A stretch of DNA of 64,000 bases from an uncultured Verrucomicrobiae bacterium (GCA_963788655.1 CAWBHS010000072.1:64001-128000); one strand, 5' to 3'. Shown: positions 9,850 to 20,443, numbered from the stretch's first letter. Made by a program: numbers and translations. Notes: generated by a model not told the origin, from the letters alone.

Positions 9850-11277
9850 ATGACGATGCCGATAGAAAAAATCATTGTTCTCGAGGACGATCTGGTAGTT
9901 CGAAAGAATCTGGAGCAACAATTGCGTTATCGCCGCTATGACGTGGCGGCGGTGAACACGATTGCGGCGGCGCAGGAGCTTTTGACTAAGGACAATTTTG
10001 ACCTGATGATCGTGGACATTCGTCTGCCGGATGGTGACGGACGCGCGTTGCTCAAGCAATTGCAGTCCCGGCCGAGCAAACCCCTGGTCGTCATGATCTC
10101 CGGTTTTGGCACGGTGGACGTAGCCGTGGAGTGCATGAGCAACGGGGCCTTCACTTTCCTGACCAAGCCGTTTTCCCCCGAGCAACTCGCCGTCACCCTT
10201 AAGAAGGCGGAGGAACACACCCAACTGGTCAAGGTCAGCCATTTCCTGAGCCACGCGGAAGATGAGGAATCGGGCTATGAATTGCTGGGCAACAGCCAAC
10301 AGATCGAGACTTTGCGGCAATTAATCCGCAAAGTCGCCCGGACGCATGCCACCGTGTTGATCCAGGGCGAGAGCGGTACCGGCAAGGAATTGGTTGCCCG
10401 CGCCCTCTTTCGCGAAAGCCCCCGCGCCAATGCCCCGTTTATCAAGGTCAACTGTGCGGCGATTCCGGAAAACCTCATCGAAAGTGAATTCTTCGGTCAC
10501 GAAAAAGGGGCCTTTACCGGCGCGCTGACCAAACGCGAAGGCCGTTTTGAACTGGCGCACGGGGGGACCATTTTGCTGGACGAGATCAGTGAGATTTCCC
10601 CCACGGTGCAGGCCAAACTGTTGCGGGTGCTTCAGGAGCGGGAATTCGAGCGGGTCGGAGGCAATCGCACGATCAAAGTCAATGTGCGGGTCATTGCAAC
10701 GACCAACCGGCACTTGGCCGAGAGCGTCGAACGCAAGGAATTCCGGCAGGATCTGTTCTTCCGGTTGAATGTGGTGCCCATCTACATTTCCCCGTTGCGG
10801 GACCACAAACAGGACGTGGCGTTGCTGGCCGAACAATTTCGCGTCCGCTTCGCCCGCAAGCATGGCATCGAAGTCAAAGCGATTTCTGACGTTTGCATGA
10901 ATGCGCTGATGAACCATTCCTGGCCGGGCAACGTGCGGGAACTCCAGAACGTCATTGAACGGGGAGTGATCCTCTGTGGCGAGCGCGGTATCCTGGAACC
11001 AGTGCATCTGGGATTGGCGCAACGTCCCGATGCGGCGCAGGCCATGATCAGTCCGTCCGCGGCCGCAACAGTTCCGCCCTCGGCGAGCGCGGCCGGGGAT
11101 TTCTACACATTGAGCGAAGTGGAGAAGCAGCACATCCTGGCCGCCCTGGAACGCAGCAAAGGCAATCGGACCCACGCGGCCAAAATGCTCTCGATCAGCA
11201 TTCGGACCTTGCGAAACAAGCTCAACGAATACAACTTCAAACATTCGGAAGGCGCTTCCTCGCGCGACGCGGCTTAA
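9850..11277 (+). CDS. Sigma54-dependent response regulator (NtrC/FleR-like: REC, AAA+, Fis-HTH)
   Basis: Receiver LEDD...VDIRLPD; GESGTGKE Walker A; GAFTGA loop; LLDEI Walker B; WPGNVREL; GNRTHAAKMLSIS HTH. Confidence 0.95.
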   Translation: MTMPIEKIIVLEDDLVVRKNLEQQLRYRRYDVAAVNTIAAAQELLTKDNFDLMIVDIRLPDGDGRALLKQLQSRPSKPLVVMISGFGTVDVAVECMSNGAFTFLTKPFSPEQLAVTLKKAEEHTQLVKVSHFLSHAEDEESGYELLGNSQQIETLRQLIRKVARTHATVLIQGESGTGKELVARALFRESPRANAPFIKVNCAAIPENLIESEFFGHEKGAFTGALTKREGRFELAHGGTILLDEISEISPTVQAKLLRVLQEREFERVGGNRTIKVNVRVIATTNRHLAESVERKEFRQDLFFRLNVVPIYISPLRDHKQDVALLAEQFRVRFARKHGIEVKAISDVCMNALMNHSWPGNVRELQNVIERGVILCGERGILEPVHLGLAQRPDAAQAMISPSAAATVPPSASAAGDFYTLSEVEKQHILAALERSKGNRTHAAKMLSISIRTLRNKLNEYNFKHSEGASSRDAA

Positions 11278-11504
11278 TCCGGGAAATCTATAAACGTTCC
11301 TGTGGGTCGAGGGCTACGCCGTGGTCAACGACTACTCGCTCGGGGAATGTGCTCCTGAGCCAGGTTGAGGATACTGGAGCACCCCTCCGCAGACGCCACG
11401 TCAGAGTAACCGCGTCGCTGCCGTTTTCACCTGCTGGTGCTTGAGCACACACCGGCTGTTTCCGGCCCTCTCACTCCGATCTTCGGCCGGCACGTATGAC
11501 GGCC

Positions 11505-11544
11505 CATCCGGCATCCGGCATCTGGTATCCGGCATCCGGCATCC
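11505..11544. repeat. Heptamer tandem repeat (CATCCGG)~5.7
   Basis: catccgg catccgg catctgg tatccgg catccgg catcc. Confidence 0.8.
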
Positions 11545-11647
11545 CGCTCCCCCACTGTCCCGATCGGACACTCAAATCCATCGTTGTCCAAGCGTGCCAC
11601 ACGATGGAACCAGCACTGTCCTGCAAATGGATGTGCGAATCACGGTT

Positions 11648-11706
11648 TGTCTTGATTTAAGACATCAACACCTGGGCTTCTGTCGATGGTGATCTCGTTT
11701 AAGACA
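11648..11706. promoter_or_regulatory. Pair of dyad sites, candidate enhancer for a sigma54 activator
   Basis: TGTCTT-N5-AAGACA (11648-11664) and TGATCT-N5-AAGACA (11690-11706), 42 bp apart and 100-157 bp upstream of a sigma54-like promoter. Confidence 0.4.
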
Positions 11707-11804
11707 ATATTAATAATTGAGTGTCGGGGCTGGGACACCGTTTTCGTTCAATACTCATGGGTTTTCGCCTCTGATTCCGTCCTATCCAAGCCAGGTCCGG
11801 TTGA

Positions 11805-11820
11805 TGGCAGACCAACTGCT
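11805..11820 (+). promoter_or_regulatory. Putative sigma54 promoter upstream of fliA
   Basis: TGGCAG-ACCAA-CTGCT(AAAAG), GG-N10-GC; the 3' part CTGCTAAAAG is identical to the pilin promoter. Confidence 0.55.
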
Positions 11821-12037
11821 AAAAGAAGGCTGCGGTCGGAACATTCAAATCAAATGAAACGGAACCACCAGCATATTGCGCCCCAGGCCGAAAGGACTTC
11901 GAAACGGAACAGAATGGATGCCTGTTCCCGCTTCGTTCGCCAGGTGCGTGTTTGGTTCAATCCTGAGTTGGCAGAAATTGCTCCGCGCCGTTTAACCTCC
12001 CAGCCCTCGTTTAATTCCACTTACCCCCTGCATCCAC

Positions 12038-12859
12038 ATGATCTCTGATTCCCGCGTTAGTGTGCGTCGTCCCTCCACCCGGCCCAAAGCCGTCCGGAAA
12101 AACAATTCGTCCTGGCCGCGTCAGCGGCGCATCCGGCCCGGCAGTGCGATCGAAACCGAGTTGGTCGAAAAATACATCCCGCTCGTAAAGAGTGTCGTGG
12201 CCCGGCTGGCGATGGGCCTGCCGCCCCACGTGGACGGGGAGGATTTGTTCAGCGCCGGCCTTCACGGCTTGTTGAATGCCATCCGCAATTACAATCCCAC
12301 CGCCGGGACTTCGTTCGAAACGTACGCGCGCTTGCGCATTCGTGGCGCGGTCTTTGATGAACTGCGCCGCATGGATTGGGTACCGCGTTCGGTCCATTCC
12401 AAAGCCCGTAAGTTGCAGCAAGTCATGGCCGAACTCGAACAGCGCAAAGGCCGCGCGCCTACGGATGCGGAGATGGCCAAGGCACTGAACATTTCCGTTA
12501 AGGAATACGGCGACTGGCTCGAAGAAACGCGCCCGGCCACGTTTGTCTGCCTGGACGCCGCCTTCAACAGCGAGTACGATGACACGGTCAGTCAGCACGA
12601 AAGCCTGGCTGACCCCCGCCAGGAAAATCCGTTGGACGGCGCCTTTCGCCACGAGGTTTCCGAGTTAATCGCCGAACGCTTGAAGCAACTCCCCGAAATG
12701 CAACGCAAAGTTCTCGCGCTGTATTATTTTGAAGATCTGCGCCTGCGCGAAATTGCCGAAGCGTTCGGCCTGACCGAATCTCGGATTTGTCAGATCCATG
12801 CCCAGGCCATTCTTGCCATCAAAACGTACCTGCGCAAATTCGATCCCTGTTTCGCCTGA
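12038..12859 (+). CDS. fliA: FliA/WhiG family RNA polymerase sigma factor (sigma28)
   Basis: FETYARLRIRGAVFDELRRMDWVPRS and LYYFEDLRLREIAEAFGLTESRICQIH signatures. Confidence 0.93.
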   Translation: MISDSRVSVRRPSTRPKAVRKNNSSWPRQRRIRPGSAIETELVEKYIPLVKSVVARLAMGLPPHVDGEDLFSAGLHGLLNAIRNYNPTAGTSFETYARLRIRGAVFDELRRMDWVPRSVHSKARKLQQVMAELEQRKGRAPTDAEMAKALNISVKEYGDWLEETRPATFVCLDAAFNSEYDDTVSQHESLADPRQENPLDGAFRHEVSELIAERLKQLPEMQRKVLALYYFEDLRLREIAEAFGLTESRICQIHAQAILAIKTYLRKFDPCFA

Positions 12860-13252
12860 CGCCGCAGGTCTCATTGAGCGTTGCAACCCACTCTTAGGAT
12901 TTCTTTGGCACAGGAAGGAACCATGATTACCCGGCCCCCGAAACGATCGCTTCCGCTTGCGGCGTTACCGCGCGGACGTTCACGTCGGGAAGGCTTCGTG
13001 CTACCTCCCATCAATGCATGCTGGCCAAACCAAGCGCAGCGAACAATGCGATGGCGGGCATCCCATTCAGTTACCTCGCGCCGTTCGTGCCGCGGATGCT
13101 CCCCCTTGCTGCCACATCAACCCGGTCACGCTGCAACGGGTCAACCGGTTTGGTCGCGCGGCGGCCATGCGGAGTTCCATGGGCAAGGTCAAAATTGCTG
13201 GTCACCTGTCGTCATCGCAGCAAATCCCTGCGAAATTGGAACTTATCGTTGC

Positions 13253-13268
13253 TGGCACATCCATTGCT
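13253..13268 (+). promoter_or_regulatory. Sigma54 (-24/-12) promoter of flgN-csrA
   Basis: TGGCAC-ATCCA-TTGCT, a consensus match ~60 bp upstream of ATG 13328. Confidence 0.7.
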
Positions 13269-13327
13269 TAACCCAAGTGGCGGCGAGGCAATGGTTGCAG
13301 CCGCCGCCATCGAAGACCGAATTGGTT

Positions 13328-13825
13328 ATGATCGCCATCCTGCAGAAATTCATTGATGCGCTCCGGAACGAGTTACAGCAATACGGAGAGATGCTGGCCC
13401 TGTTGGACCAGCAACATGAAATGGTGATGCACCGCGGCGGCGAAGAGATCCAACAATCGGTCGCCGCCGTCAACGCCCATCGTTCCCTCATTCAAACCGC
13501 GCGCGAACAGCGCCACCAACTCCAGCGCCAATTGGCCGCCCGCCTGGACCAACCGGACACGGCGACCTTTGCGCAAATCATTCCCTTGTTGCCCCAGCAG
13601 TACCGTCCCTTGGTCAAAGCCTTGGTCCAGGAAAACAATGAACTGCTGCATCGGGTCGAACAACGCGCGCAGCAGAACCAGATGTTGTTGCAACATTCGC
13701 TGGAACTGATGCGCGAATTCGTGGCCAGTTTGGCCAACACCGATTCCGGCCGCTCGTCCCGGCCCATCGGCAATTCCTCGCTCTCTGATCAACCCGGTTC
13801 CCTCGTCCCTGATGCTCTCGCTTAA
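13328..13825 (+). CDS. flgN: FlgN-like flagellar export chaperone
   Basis: Helical ~165-aa protein (LRNELQQYGEMLALLDQQ...RAQQNQMLLQHSLE) with the FlgN pattern; lies between fliA and csrA. Confidence 0.7.
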   Translation: MIAILQKFIDALRNELQQYGEMLALLDQQHEMVMHRGGEEIQQSVAAVNAHRSLIQTAREQRHQLQRQLAARLDQPDTATFAQIIPLLPQQYRPLVKALVQENNELLHRVEQRAQQNQMLLQHSLELMREFVASLANTDSGRSSRPIGNSSLSDQPGSLVPDALA

Positions 13826-13844
13826 CCACGGAACCGAGATCAAC

Positions 13845-14120
13845 ATGCTAATCCTCTCACGTAAAATTAACGAAAGCATCGTCATCGATGGCAAGATCAT
13901 CATCAAGATCCTGCGCATTGAAAAAGACACCGTCAAACTGGGCATCCAGGCCCCGCCTGAAGTCAGCGTCCACCGTCAGGAAATTCAGGACCTGATCGAG
14001 CGCGGCCACCAAAATGGTGCCAAAGCCAATCACGCCCCCGCGTCCCGCGCGAACGCCGGCCCCAAAACGACAGAGTACGGAGTGCCCTCCTCGCGGGTCA
14101 CCCCCTCCGGTTCAGAATAG
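13845..14120 (+). CDS. csrA: Carbon storage regulator CsrA with C-terminal extension
   Basis: MLILSRKINESIVIDG...VKLGIQAPPEVSVHRQEI. Confidence 0.93.
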   Translation: MLILSRKINESIVIDGKIIIKILRIEKDTVKLGIQAPPEVSVHRQEIQDLIERGHQNGAKANHAPASRANAGPKTTEYGVPSSRVTPSGSE

Positions 14121-14488
14121 GCGGTGGAGGTTCGCCATTGGGTTTGGCAAGCGTCAGCGCTTTGATTGGCGAGCCTCCTTCCCGTCCACGCCCGATTTCA
14201 GGATTTGCCCGTTCAGCCTTTGGACGTTGGTGGCACGCGTCGCTTCCGTTCCATAAATGGTAACCACCTGACAATTGACTTGGCCAACGAGGGGAGGACA
14301 GTGAACGTGTCCTCCGGTTTTCCAAGCCGACCCAGTTCTCTGCTCCTTCAACTTCGCCACGCTTCAACGCTTCACTCCCTGCCGTCGTGGTTTGGCCACG
14401 GGGGGTATCCTGCCCCGCGACCACCGGCCCCGTAATTCCAGTTGACTCCATGCTGGACGGCCTCAGTAGTTTAAACTAGTTTCGGCGC

Positions 14489-14767
14489 GTGGCACATACC
14501 GCAAGAACCGGCGGGGCCTCCGGCACGGCCAAAGACCTGCCCTTTGAAGAGGCACTGCAGAAGCTCGAGTCCATTGTCGAAGCGATGGAAGCGGGCGATT
14601 TGCCGCTGGAGCAATTACTGTCCCGATTTGAGGACGGAACCCGGTTGATCCGGCTCTGCCAAACCAAACTGGAAGAAGCGGAATTGAAAATTCAAAAACT
14701 TGAGAAAAACGCGGCGGGCGGGATGGAAATCAAACCGTTGGTTGCCAATCCGGAGGAAGAAGTATGA
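14489..14767 (+). CDS. xseB: Exodeoxyribonuclease VII small subunit
   Basis: FEEALQKLESIVEAMEAGDLPLE...FEDG...CQTKLEEAE; stop overlaps the dxs start (ATGA). Confidence 0.92.
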   Translation: MAHTARTGGASGTAKDLPFEEALQKLESIVEAMEAGDLPLEQLLSRFEDGTRLIRLCQTKLEEAELKIQKLEKNAAGGMEIKPLVANPEEEV

Positions 14768-16752
14768 ACCGGTACCTGGACATGGTTGAATGGCCCGTTC
14801 ACGTCAAGAAACTGACCCCCGAGCAACTGGGGGAACTGGCCGAGGAAATCCGGCAGGAACTGATCACCACCCTGGCCGTCAACGGCGGGCATCTCGGCCC
14901 GAACTTGGGGGTGGTGGAACTTACCCTCGCCCTGCACTACATCTTCGATACTCCCCACGACAAATTCGTCTGGGATGTCAGCCATCAGAGCTACGTGCAT
15001 AAGATGCTCACCGGGCGCAAAAATCGGTTTGCCACCATCCGCACCACTGATGGACTCAACGGATTTGCTTTGCGCACCGAGAGCGAGCACGATTGTTACG
15101 GCGCCGGTCACGCCGGCACGGCGCTTTCCGCGGCCCTGGGCATGGCGGCGGCCCGGGACAAACGGGGTACGGACGAAAACGTGGTTTGCATTTTTGGGGA
15201 CGCGGCGCTGACCAACGGCATTTCCTTTGAAGCCCTGAATAACCTCGCCCACACCACCAAGCGGTTCATCGGCATTCTCAACGACAATGAATGGAGTATC
15301 GCCAAGAACGTGGGCGCCATTGCGACATACCTGAACAAAGTCATCACGCATCCCCGTTACAGCCGCTTGCAAAAGGACATCGAGCGCCTGTTGCGCCGCA
15401 TGCCCAAGGGCGAGATTGCCCTCATGTTGGCGCACAAGGCTGAGGAAGGTTTCAAGAGCGCCATGACAGGCGTGGCGCTCGAGCAGAGCCCCAGTGTCAT
15501 GGACTCCGACGGGCGCGGCGGCTATGGTAGCAGCGTGATCTTCGAGGAAATGGGTTTGCGTTACCTGGGCCCCATCGACGGTCATGACCTGCCCCTGTTG
15601 ATCAAGTTCCTCGATTTCGCCAAGACGTACGACCAGCCGATTGTTCTGCACTTGCTGACCAAGAAGGGCAAAGGCTACGAGGCCGCCCAGAAGTATCCCG
15701 AGAAATTTCACGGCCTGGGGCCGTACGACGTCACCACCGGCTCGCCGATTCCTTCCAAACCGGGCAGCCCGCCCAGTTACCAGGAGGTCTTTGGCGACAC
15801 CCTGGTCAAGCTGTGTCAAAACGACAATTCGCTCGTGGGCATCACCGCCGCGATGCCCAGCGGTACGGGGCTTAAAGCGCTCGAGAAAGCGATGCCCGAC
15901 CGCTATTACGACGTGGGCATTGCCGAAGAACACGCGGTGATCTTTGCGGCTGGCATGGCCACCATGGGCTTCCGGCCTGTCTGCGCCATATATTCGACGT
16001 TCCTCCAGCGCGCTTACGACTGCATCATTCACGATGTCTCCCTCCAAAAACTGCCGGTGATTTTCTGCATGGACCGGGCGGGCCTTTCCGCCAACGACGG
16101 GCCAACGCATCATGGGCTGTTCGACATCGCGTACCTGCGTTGCGTGCCGAACATCATTGGCATGGCGCCGAAGGATGAAGATGAATTCGCCGACATGCTG
16201 TTTACGGCCTCCCGCCAAACCCTGCCGACCTGCATTCGTTACCCGCGTGGCACCGCCGAGGGTGTGCCCCTCAAAGACCAACCCCAGGAACTCGAAATCG
16301 GCAAGGCGGAAGTGCTGCAGGATTTCTCGCAGAAAGGCGGACGCAAGGTGGCTTTCTTCTCGCTGGGTAATCTCCAAAAGATCGCCCGCGAAGCCGCCGA
16401 CCAACTGACGGCTGAAGGCTATGATTGCGCCCTCATCAACGCGCGTTTCTTCAAACCGATCGACACTGAAACTACCGAACGGTTCGCTCGGATGGCCGAC
16501 GTGCTGGTCACCCTGGAAGACCACGTGCTCTCCGGCGGCTACGGCAGCGCCGTGCTGGAACTGCTGTCCAGTTGCCGGGTCTCCACCTCGGTCGTGCGCA
16601 TCGCCTGGCCCGACCAGTTCATCGAACACGCCAGTTCCGTCGGAACGTTGCGCCAAAAACACGGCCTTACTGCCGCCGCCACCGTGGCCCGGATCAAGGC
16701 GGAATTCGCGGCCAGCCCCATCGAACTGCGCCGGGAATTCGCAACCGCCTAG
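14764..16752 (+). CDS. dxs: 1-deoxy-D-xylulose-5-phosphate synthase
   Basis: GGHLGPNLGVVELT, WDVSHQSYVHK, GDAALT...LNDN, DVGIAEEHAV, YSTFLQRAYD, DGPTHHG. Confidence 0.97.
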   Translation: MNRYLDMVEWPVHVKKLTPEQLGELAEEIRQELITTLAVNGGHLGPNLGVVELTLALHYIFDTPHDKFVWDVSHQSYVHKMLTGRKNRFATIRTTDGLNGFALRTESEHDCYGAGHAGTALSAALGMAAARDKRGTDENVVCIFGDAALTNGISFEALNNLAHTTKRFIGILNDNEWSIAKNVGAIATYLNKVITHPRYSRLQKDIERLLRRMPKGEIALMLAHKAEEGFKSAMTGVALEQSPSVMDSDGRGGYGSSVIFEEMGLRYLGPIDGHDLPLLIKFLDFAKTYDQPIVLHLLTKKGKGYEAAQKYPEKFHGLGPYDVTTGSPIPSKPGSPPSYQEVFGDTLVKLCQNDNSLVGITAAMPSGTGLKALEKAMPDRYYDVGIAEEHAVIFAAGMATMGFRPVCAIYSTFLQRAYDCIIHDVSLQKLPVIFCMDRAGLSANDGPTHHGLFDIAYLRCVPNIIGMAPKDEDEFADMLFTASRQTLPTCIRYPRGTAEGVPLKDQPQELEIGKAEVLQDFSQKGGRKVAFFSLGNLQKIAREAADQLTAEGYDCALINARFFKPIDTETTERFARMADVLVTLEDHVLSGGYGSAVLELLSSCRVSTSVVRIAWPDQFIEHASSVGTLRQKHGLTAAATVARIKAEFAASPIELRREFATA

Positions 16753-16797
16753 CGACCGCTTCCCCTTCCCATTGTATTATTGTCTTAAACATCCAAC

Positions 16798-18069
16798 ATG
16801 TCATACCAACACGTAACCCCTCCTGCCGGCGAAAAGATCTCCCTCGACCACGGTCAATTAAAAGTCCCCGATCACCCCGTGGTTCCCTTCATTCGCGGTG
16901 ACGGCACCGGCCCGGATATCTGGGCGGCCAGCCAACGCGTCTTTGATGCCGCGGTGCAGAAGGCCTACGCCGGCCAGCGTCAGATCGCTTGGTTCGAAGT
17001 GTTCGCCGGCGCCACCGCCAAGGAGAAATTCGACAATTGGCTGCCGGACGATACGGTGGCGGCGTTCCGGGAATATTTGGTGGGTATCAAAGGGCCGTTG
17101 ACCACTCCCGTCGGCGGCGGCATTCGCTCGCTCAACGTCGCGTTGCGCCAGATGCTCGACCTCTACGTTTGCCTCCGGCCCGTGCAGCATTTCGCCGGTG
17201 TGCCGTCGCCGATCAAACACCCGGAGAAGGTCAACATGGTCATCTTCCGCGAAAACACCGAGGACATTTACGCGGGCATTGATTTCCAAGCCGGCTCGGA
17301 AATGGCCCTCAAAGTTATTGAATTCCTCAGAACCAGTTACCCGGCGGAGTTCAAGAAAATCCGTTTTGGGGCCGACGCTCCCGAACAAATTGGCATTGGC
17401 ATCAAACCCGTCTCGCAACCGGGCACCGAGCGCCTGGTGCGGGCGGCCATCGAATACGCCATTGCGCAAAAACGCAAGAGCGTCACCTTCGTCCACAAGG
17501 GCAACATCATGAAATACACCGAAGGCGCTTTCCGCGACTGGGGCTACGCGTTGGCCCAGCGGGAATACGGCGCCGTCGAACTGGATGGGGGGCCCTGGTG
17601 CAAGATTCCGTCCGGCAAACGCGGCGAAGGGCTGCTCGTCCGGGACGCCATTGCGGACATTACCCTCCAACAAGTCCTCACCCGGCCGGAGGAATTCGAT
17701 GTCATCGCCACGCTCAATCTTAACGGGGACTACATTTCCGATGCGCTCGCGGCGCAAGTCGGCGGCATTGGCATCGCCCCGGGCGGCAACATCAATTACG
17801 TCACCGGCCACGCCATTTTCGAAGCCACCCATGGCACCGCTCCCAAGTACGCCAACTTGGACAAGGTGAATCCCGGTAGTGTGGTCCTCAGTGGTGAAAT
17901 GATGTTCCGTTACCTGGGTTGGAATGAAGCCGCCGACCTGATCCTCAAGGGCCTCAACGGAGCGATTGCCAGCAAAAAGGTCACCTATGATTTCGCCCGC
18001 CAGATGCAAGGCGCCACCGAAATCAAGTGTTCCCAGTTCGGCGATAACCTGATCGAACACATGGCCTAA
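16798..18069 (+). CDS. icd: NADP-dependent isocitrate dehydrogenase
   Basis: [55 protein letters not shown]. Confidence 0.97.
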   Translation: MSYQHVTPPAGEKISLDHGQLKVPDHPVVPFIRGDGTGPDIWAASQRVFDAAVQKAYAGQRQIAWFEVFAGATAKEKFDNWLPDDTVAAFREYLVGIKGPLTTPVGGGIRSLNVALRQMLDLYVCLRPVQHFAGVPSPIKHPEKVNMVIFRENTEDIYAGIDFQAGSEMALKVIEFLRTSYPAEFKKIRFGADAPEQIGIGIKPVSQPGTERLVRAAIEYAIAQKRKSVTFVHKGNIMKYTEGAFRDWGYALAQREYGAVELDGGPWCKIPSGKRGEGLLVRDAIADITLQQVLTRPEEFDVIATLNLNGDYISDALAAQVGGIGIAPGGNINYVTGHAIFEATHGTAPKYANLDKVNPGSVVLSGEMMFRYLGWNEAADLILKGLNGAIASKKVTYDFARQMQGATEIKCSQFGDNLIEHMA

Positions 18070-18356
18070 TTGAGCGCTGGAATTTGCCGTCACGTCATGG
18101 CGCGCTGAATTCCTCACGGTTCAGTGGCTCCTCAGTTGCCAAGCCAACTGGCGAGTGCGTCGACTCGCAGCGCCCGAGGGGAGTGCGGTTTCCATGGTTA
18201 GCCACGGAAAGTGCCTTGCTGCCCTTGCGGAGATGGCGCTGCTGTGGCCGGGCCGGCCGCGCATCAGCATCATCAATTCAGGGATGTGTGGCTATTGCGC
18301 TGCGCCGCCATCGCAGACTTGACACGGTGAAGGGAACCGGCAGTCTTGCGCCCACC

Positions 18357-20443
18357 ATGAAGCCGCAAAATAAATCGATTGCTGGATTGGCGTTGCCACG
18401 CCACTTGGAAACTTCTCTCCACACTGTCTGCAAGCGCCCTTGGCTCCGATGGCCAAGCTTCCGCAGCGTGGCCGGGCTTTCGGCCGGTTGCTTGCTGTTC
18501 ATTGCCCTCGGGGCGCCCGCCGCGCAGCCGGATACAATTTCCACGGCGACGCTGCTCAACGATATGACGGACCTGGCCGGTATGGCCGAGTTCCCCACGC
18601 CCGCTTACACTTGCAAGCAGTTTTCGTCTTATGACCGCAAGGCGAAGTCACCGACGCAGGATTGGTTTGCCAACGGCGATTGCGGCCAATATCTGCGCGT
18701 CGAAGAACGCGCCGGACGCAAGGAGTTCGTGATGATGGATACCGACGGTCCGGGAGCCATTGTGCGGATCTGGTCCGCCAATCCGCAGGGCACGCTGCGC
18801 GTTTACCTTGACGGCGCGGCGCAACCCGTGCTCGAAGCACCGATGTCGGAATTGTTGGGGGGCAAATATCCGGGTTTGCCGCAGCCCATCGCCGGCGAAT
18901 ACAGCAAGGGCTGGAACCTCTATTTTCCAATTCCTTACGCGCGGCACTGCAAGGTGACCAGCGACAAGGGCAATTTCTATTATCACGTGAACTACCGGAC
19001 CTACCCGGCCGGCACTCCAGGTCGCGACCTTTCGTGCCGAACAAATCACCGAATTGGCCAATCGGATCAAACAGGTCGGAGCCATATTGGCCGAGCCACG
19101 CAGCTTGGCGCGGACGCTGGGTGGTGAAGTGGAACCGTTCGAGGTGCAATTGCCGCCTGGTGAAACTGTACGCCAGGAATTTTGGGGACCGAAAGCGTTC
19201 ACCCGATCGATGGTGCGTTTGTCCGCCAATGACCCCGTGGCCGCGCTGCGCGGGATCATTGTGAAGATCACCTTTGACGGCGAGCGTTGCCTCGAGGCGC
19301 CGTTGGGTGATGTCTTTGGCAGTGCGCCTGGAATCAATCCGTATGCAACGTTGCCGCTGGGAATGACCAAGGACGGCGAGATGTATTGTCACTGGTTCAT
19401 GCCCTTCAAAGACTCGGCGGTCATCGAACTGGTGAACCACAGCCGCGAAAGCGCCTGGCTCACCGGCGAACTGGCGATCAAAGATTATCGCTGGACGGAG
19501 TCCTCGATGCATTTCCACGCCAAGTGGCGGGCGCAGTTTGATGTGCCTACGCGGCCGATGATCGATTGGAATTACCTCACGGCGAAGGGCCAGGGGGTAT
19601 TCGCGGGCGTAGCCTTCGCGATTGATAATCCCGTGAAGGCTTGGTGGGGTGAGGGCGACGAAAAAATCTACGTGGACGGCGAAACGTTTCCCAGCCACTT
19701 CGGTACGGGCACGGAAGATTATTACGGTTATGCCTGGTGCTGGCCGGTGCCGTTTATGCACGCCTACCATGCGCAACCGCGTTGCGACGGACCGGGAAAT
19801 TACGGCCGCACCAGTGTGAACCGGTTCCACATTCTTGACCGCATTCCGTTCACCAAGGATTTCAAGTTCGACATGGAACTGTGGCATTGGGATGCCAAGT
19901 GCAAGGTGAATATGGCTGTGACGGCGTACTGGTATGCCCGTCCCGGCGGGACCGATGCCTTCAAGCCGATTCGCGCGGAAGACGCCGTGGTGCGGCCAAT
20001 GCCCGAATGGGTGGTGCCGCACGTGGCGGGTGCGCTGGAGGGCGAAAAACTGCGGATCGTCCGCGTGACGCGGCACCGCCGAACCGCAGGATTGGGACGG
20101 CGTCAGCGCCGGACGGCATTTGTGGTGGCATGCCGGCATGAAGCCCGGCGACACGCTGGCGGTAGCCTTTACCGCGCCGAAAGCCGGTCGTTACCGGGTG
20201 TTAGGTCGATTCTTGCAGGCGCGCGATTACGGCATTCATCAACTCGCGATCAATGGCAAGAACACCGGTGCGCCGATGGATTTCTACAATCCCGAGGTGC
20301 GGCCGACGAAGGAAATTGACTTGGGCGTTTACGATTTGAAAGCCGGCGAAAACGAATTCTCCGCTACGGTCGTTGGCGCGAACGAGCAGGCGATCAAGAG
20401 CTACATGCTGGGCTTGGATTACCTGCTGCTGAAGCCGGAATAA
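18357..20443 (+). CDS. Secreted DUF2961 / GH172-like glycoside hydrolase with C-terminal beta-sandwich; frameshifts near 19020 and 20070
   Basis: QFSSYDR, GPGAIVRIWSANP, YFPIPY; then YCHWFMPF, WWGEGDEKIYVDGE.FPSHFGTGTEDYYG; three overlapping ORFs in successive frames. Confidence 0.82.

Noticed and set aside
11505..11544. Heptamer arrays (also ~28050-28090, ~38640-38670, ~46340-46400) as phase-variation switches
   Set aside because: Short, degenerate, intergenic and not inside a recognisable promoter or ORF
12860..13327. Hidden flgM between fliA and flgN
   Set aside because: No ORF in the gap resembles FlgM; the N-terminal extension of ORF 12881..13825 looks non-coding and contains the sigma54 promoter
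14125..14230. Possible c-di-GMP-I riboswitch on the minus strand (GGGCAAA...GAAA...GACG)
   Set aside because: Lacks the GCAAAG junction and a convincing second stem, and points antisense into csrA
14489..16752. Missing ispA between xseB and dxs
   Set aside because: The genes are coupled by an ATGA overlap with no remnant; an ordinary gene-order variant
14692..18117. Long antisense ORFs (656 aa, 419 aa) opposite dxs and icd, and similar shadows elsewhere
   Set aside because: Expected in high-GC coding DNA; no recognisable motifs
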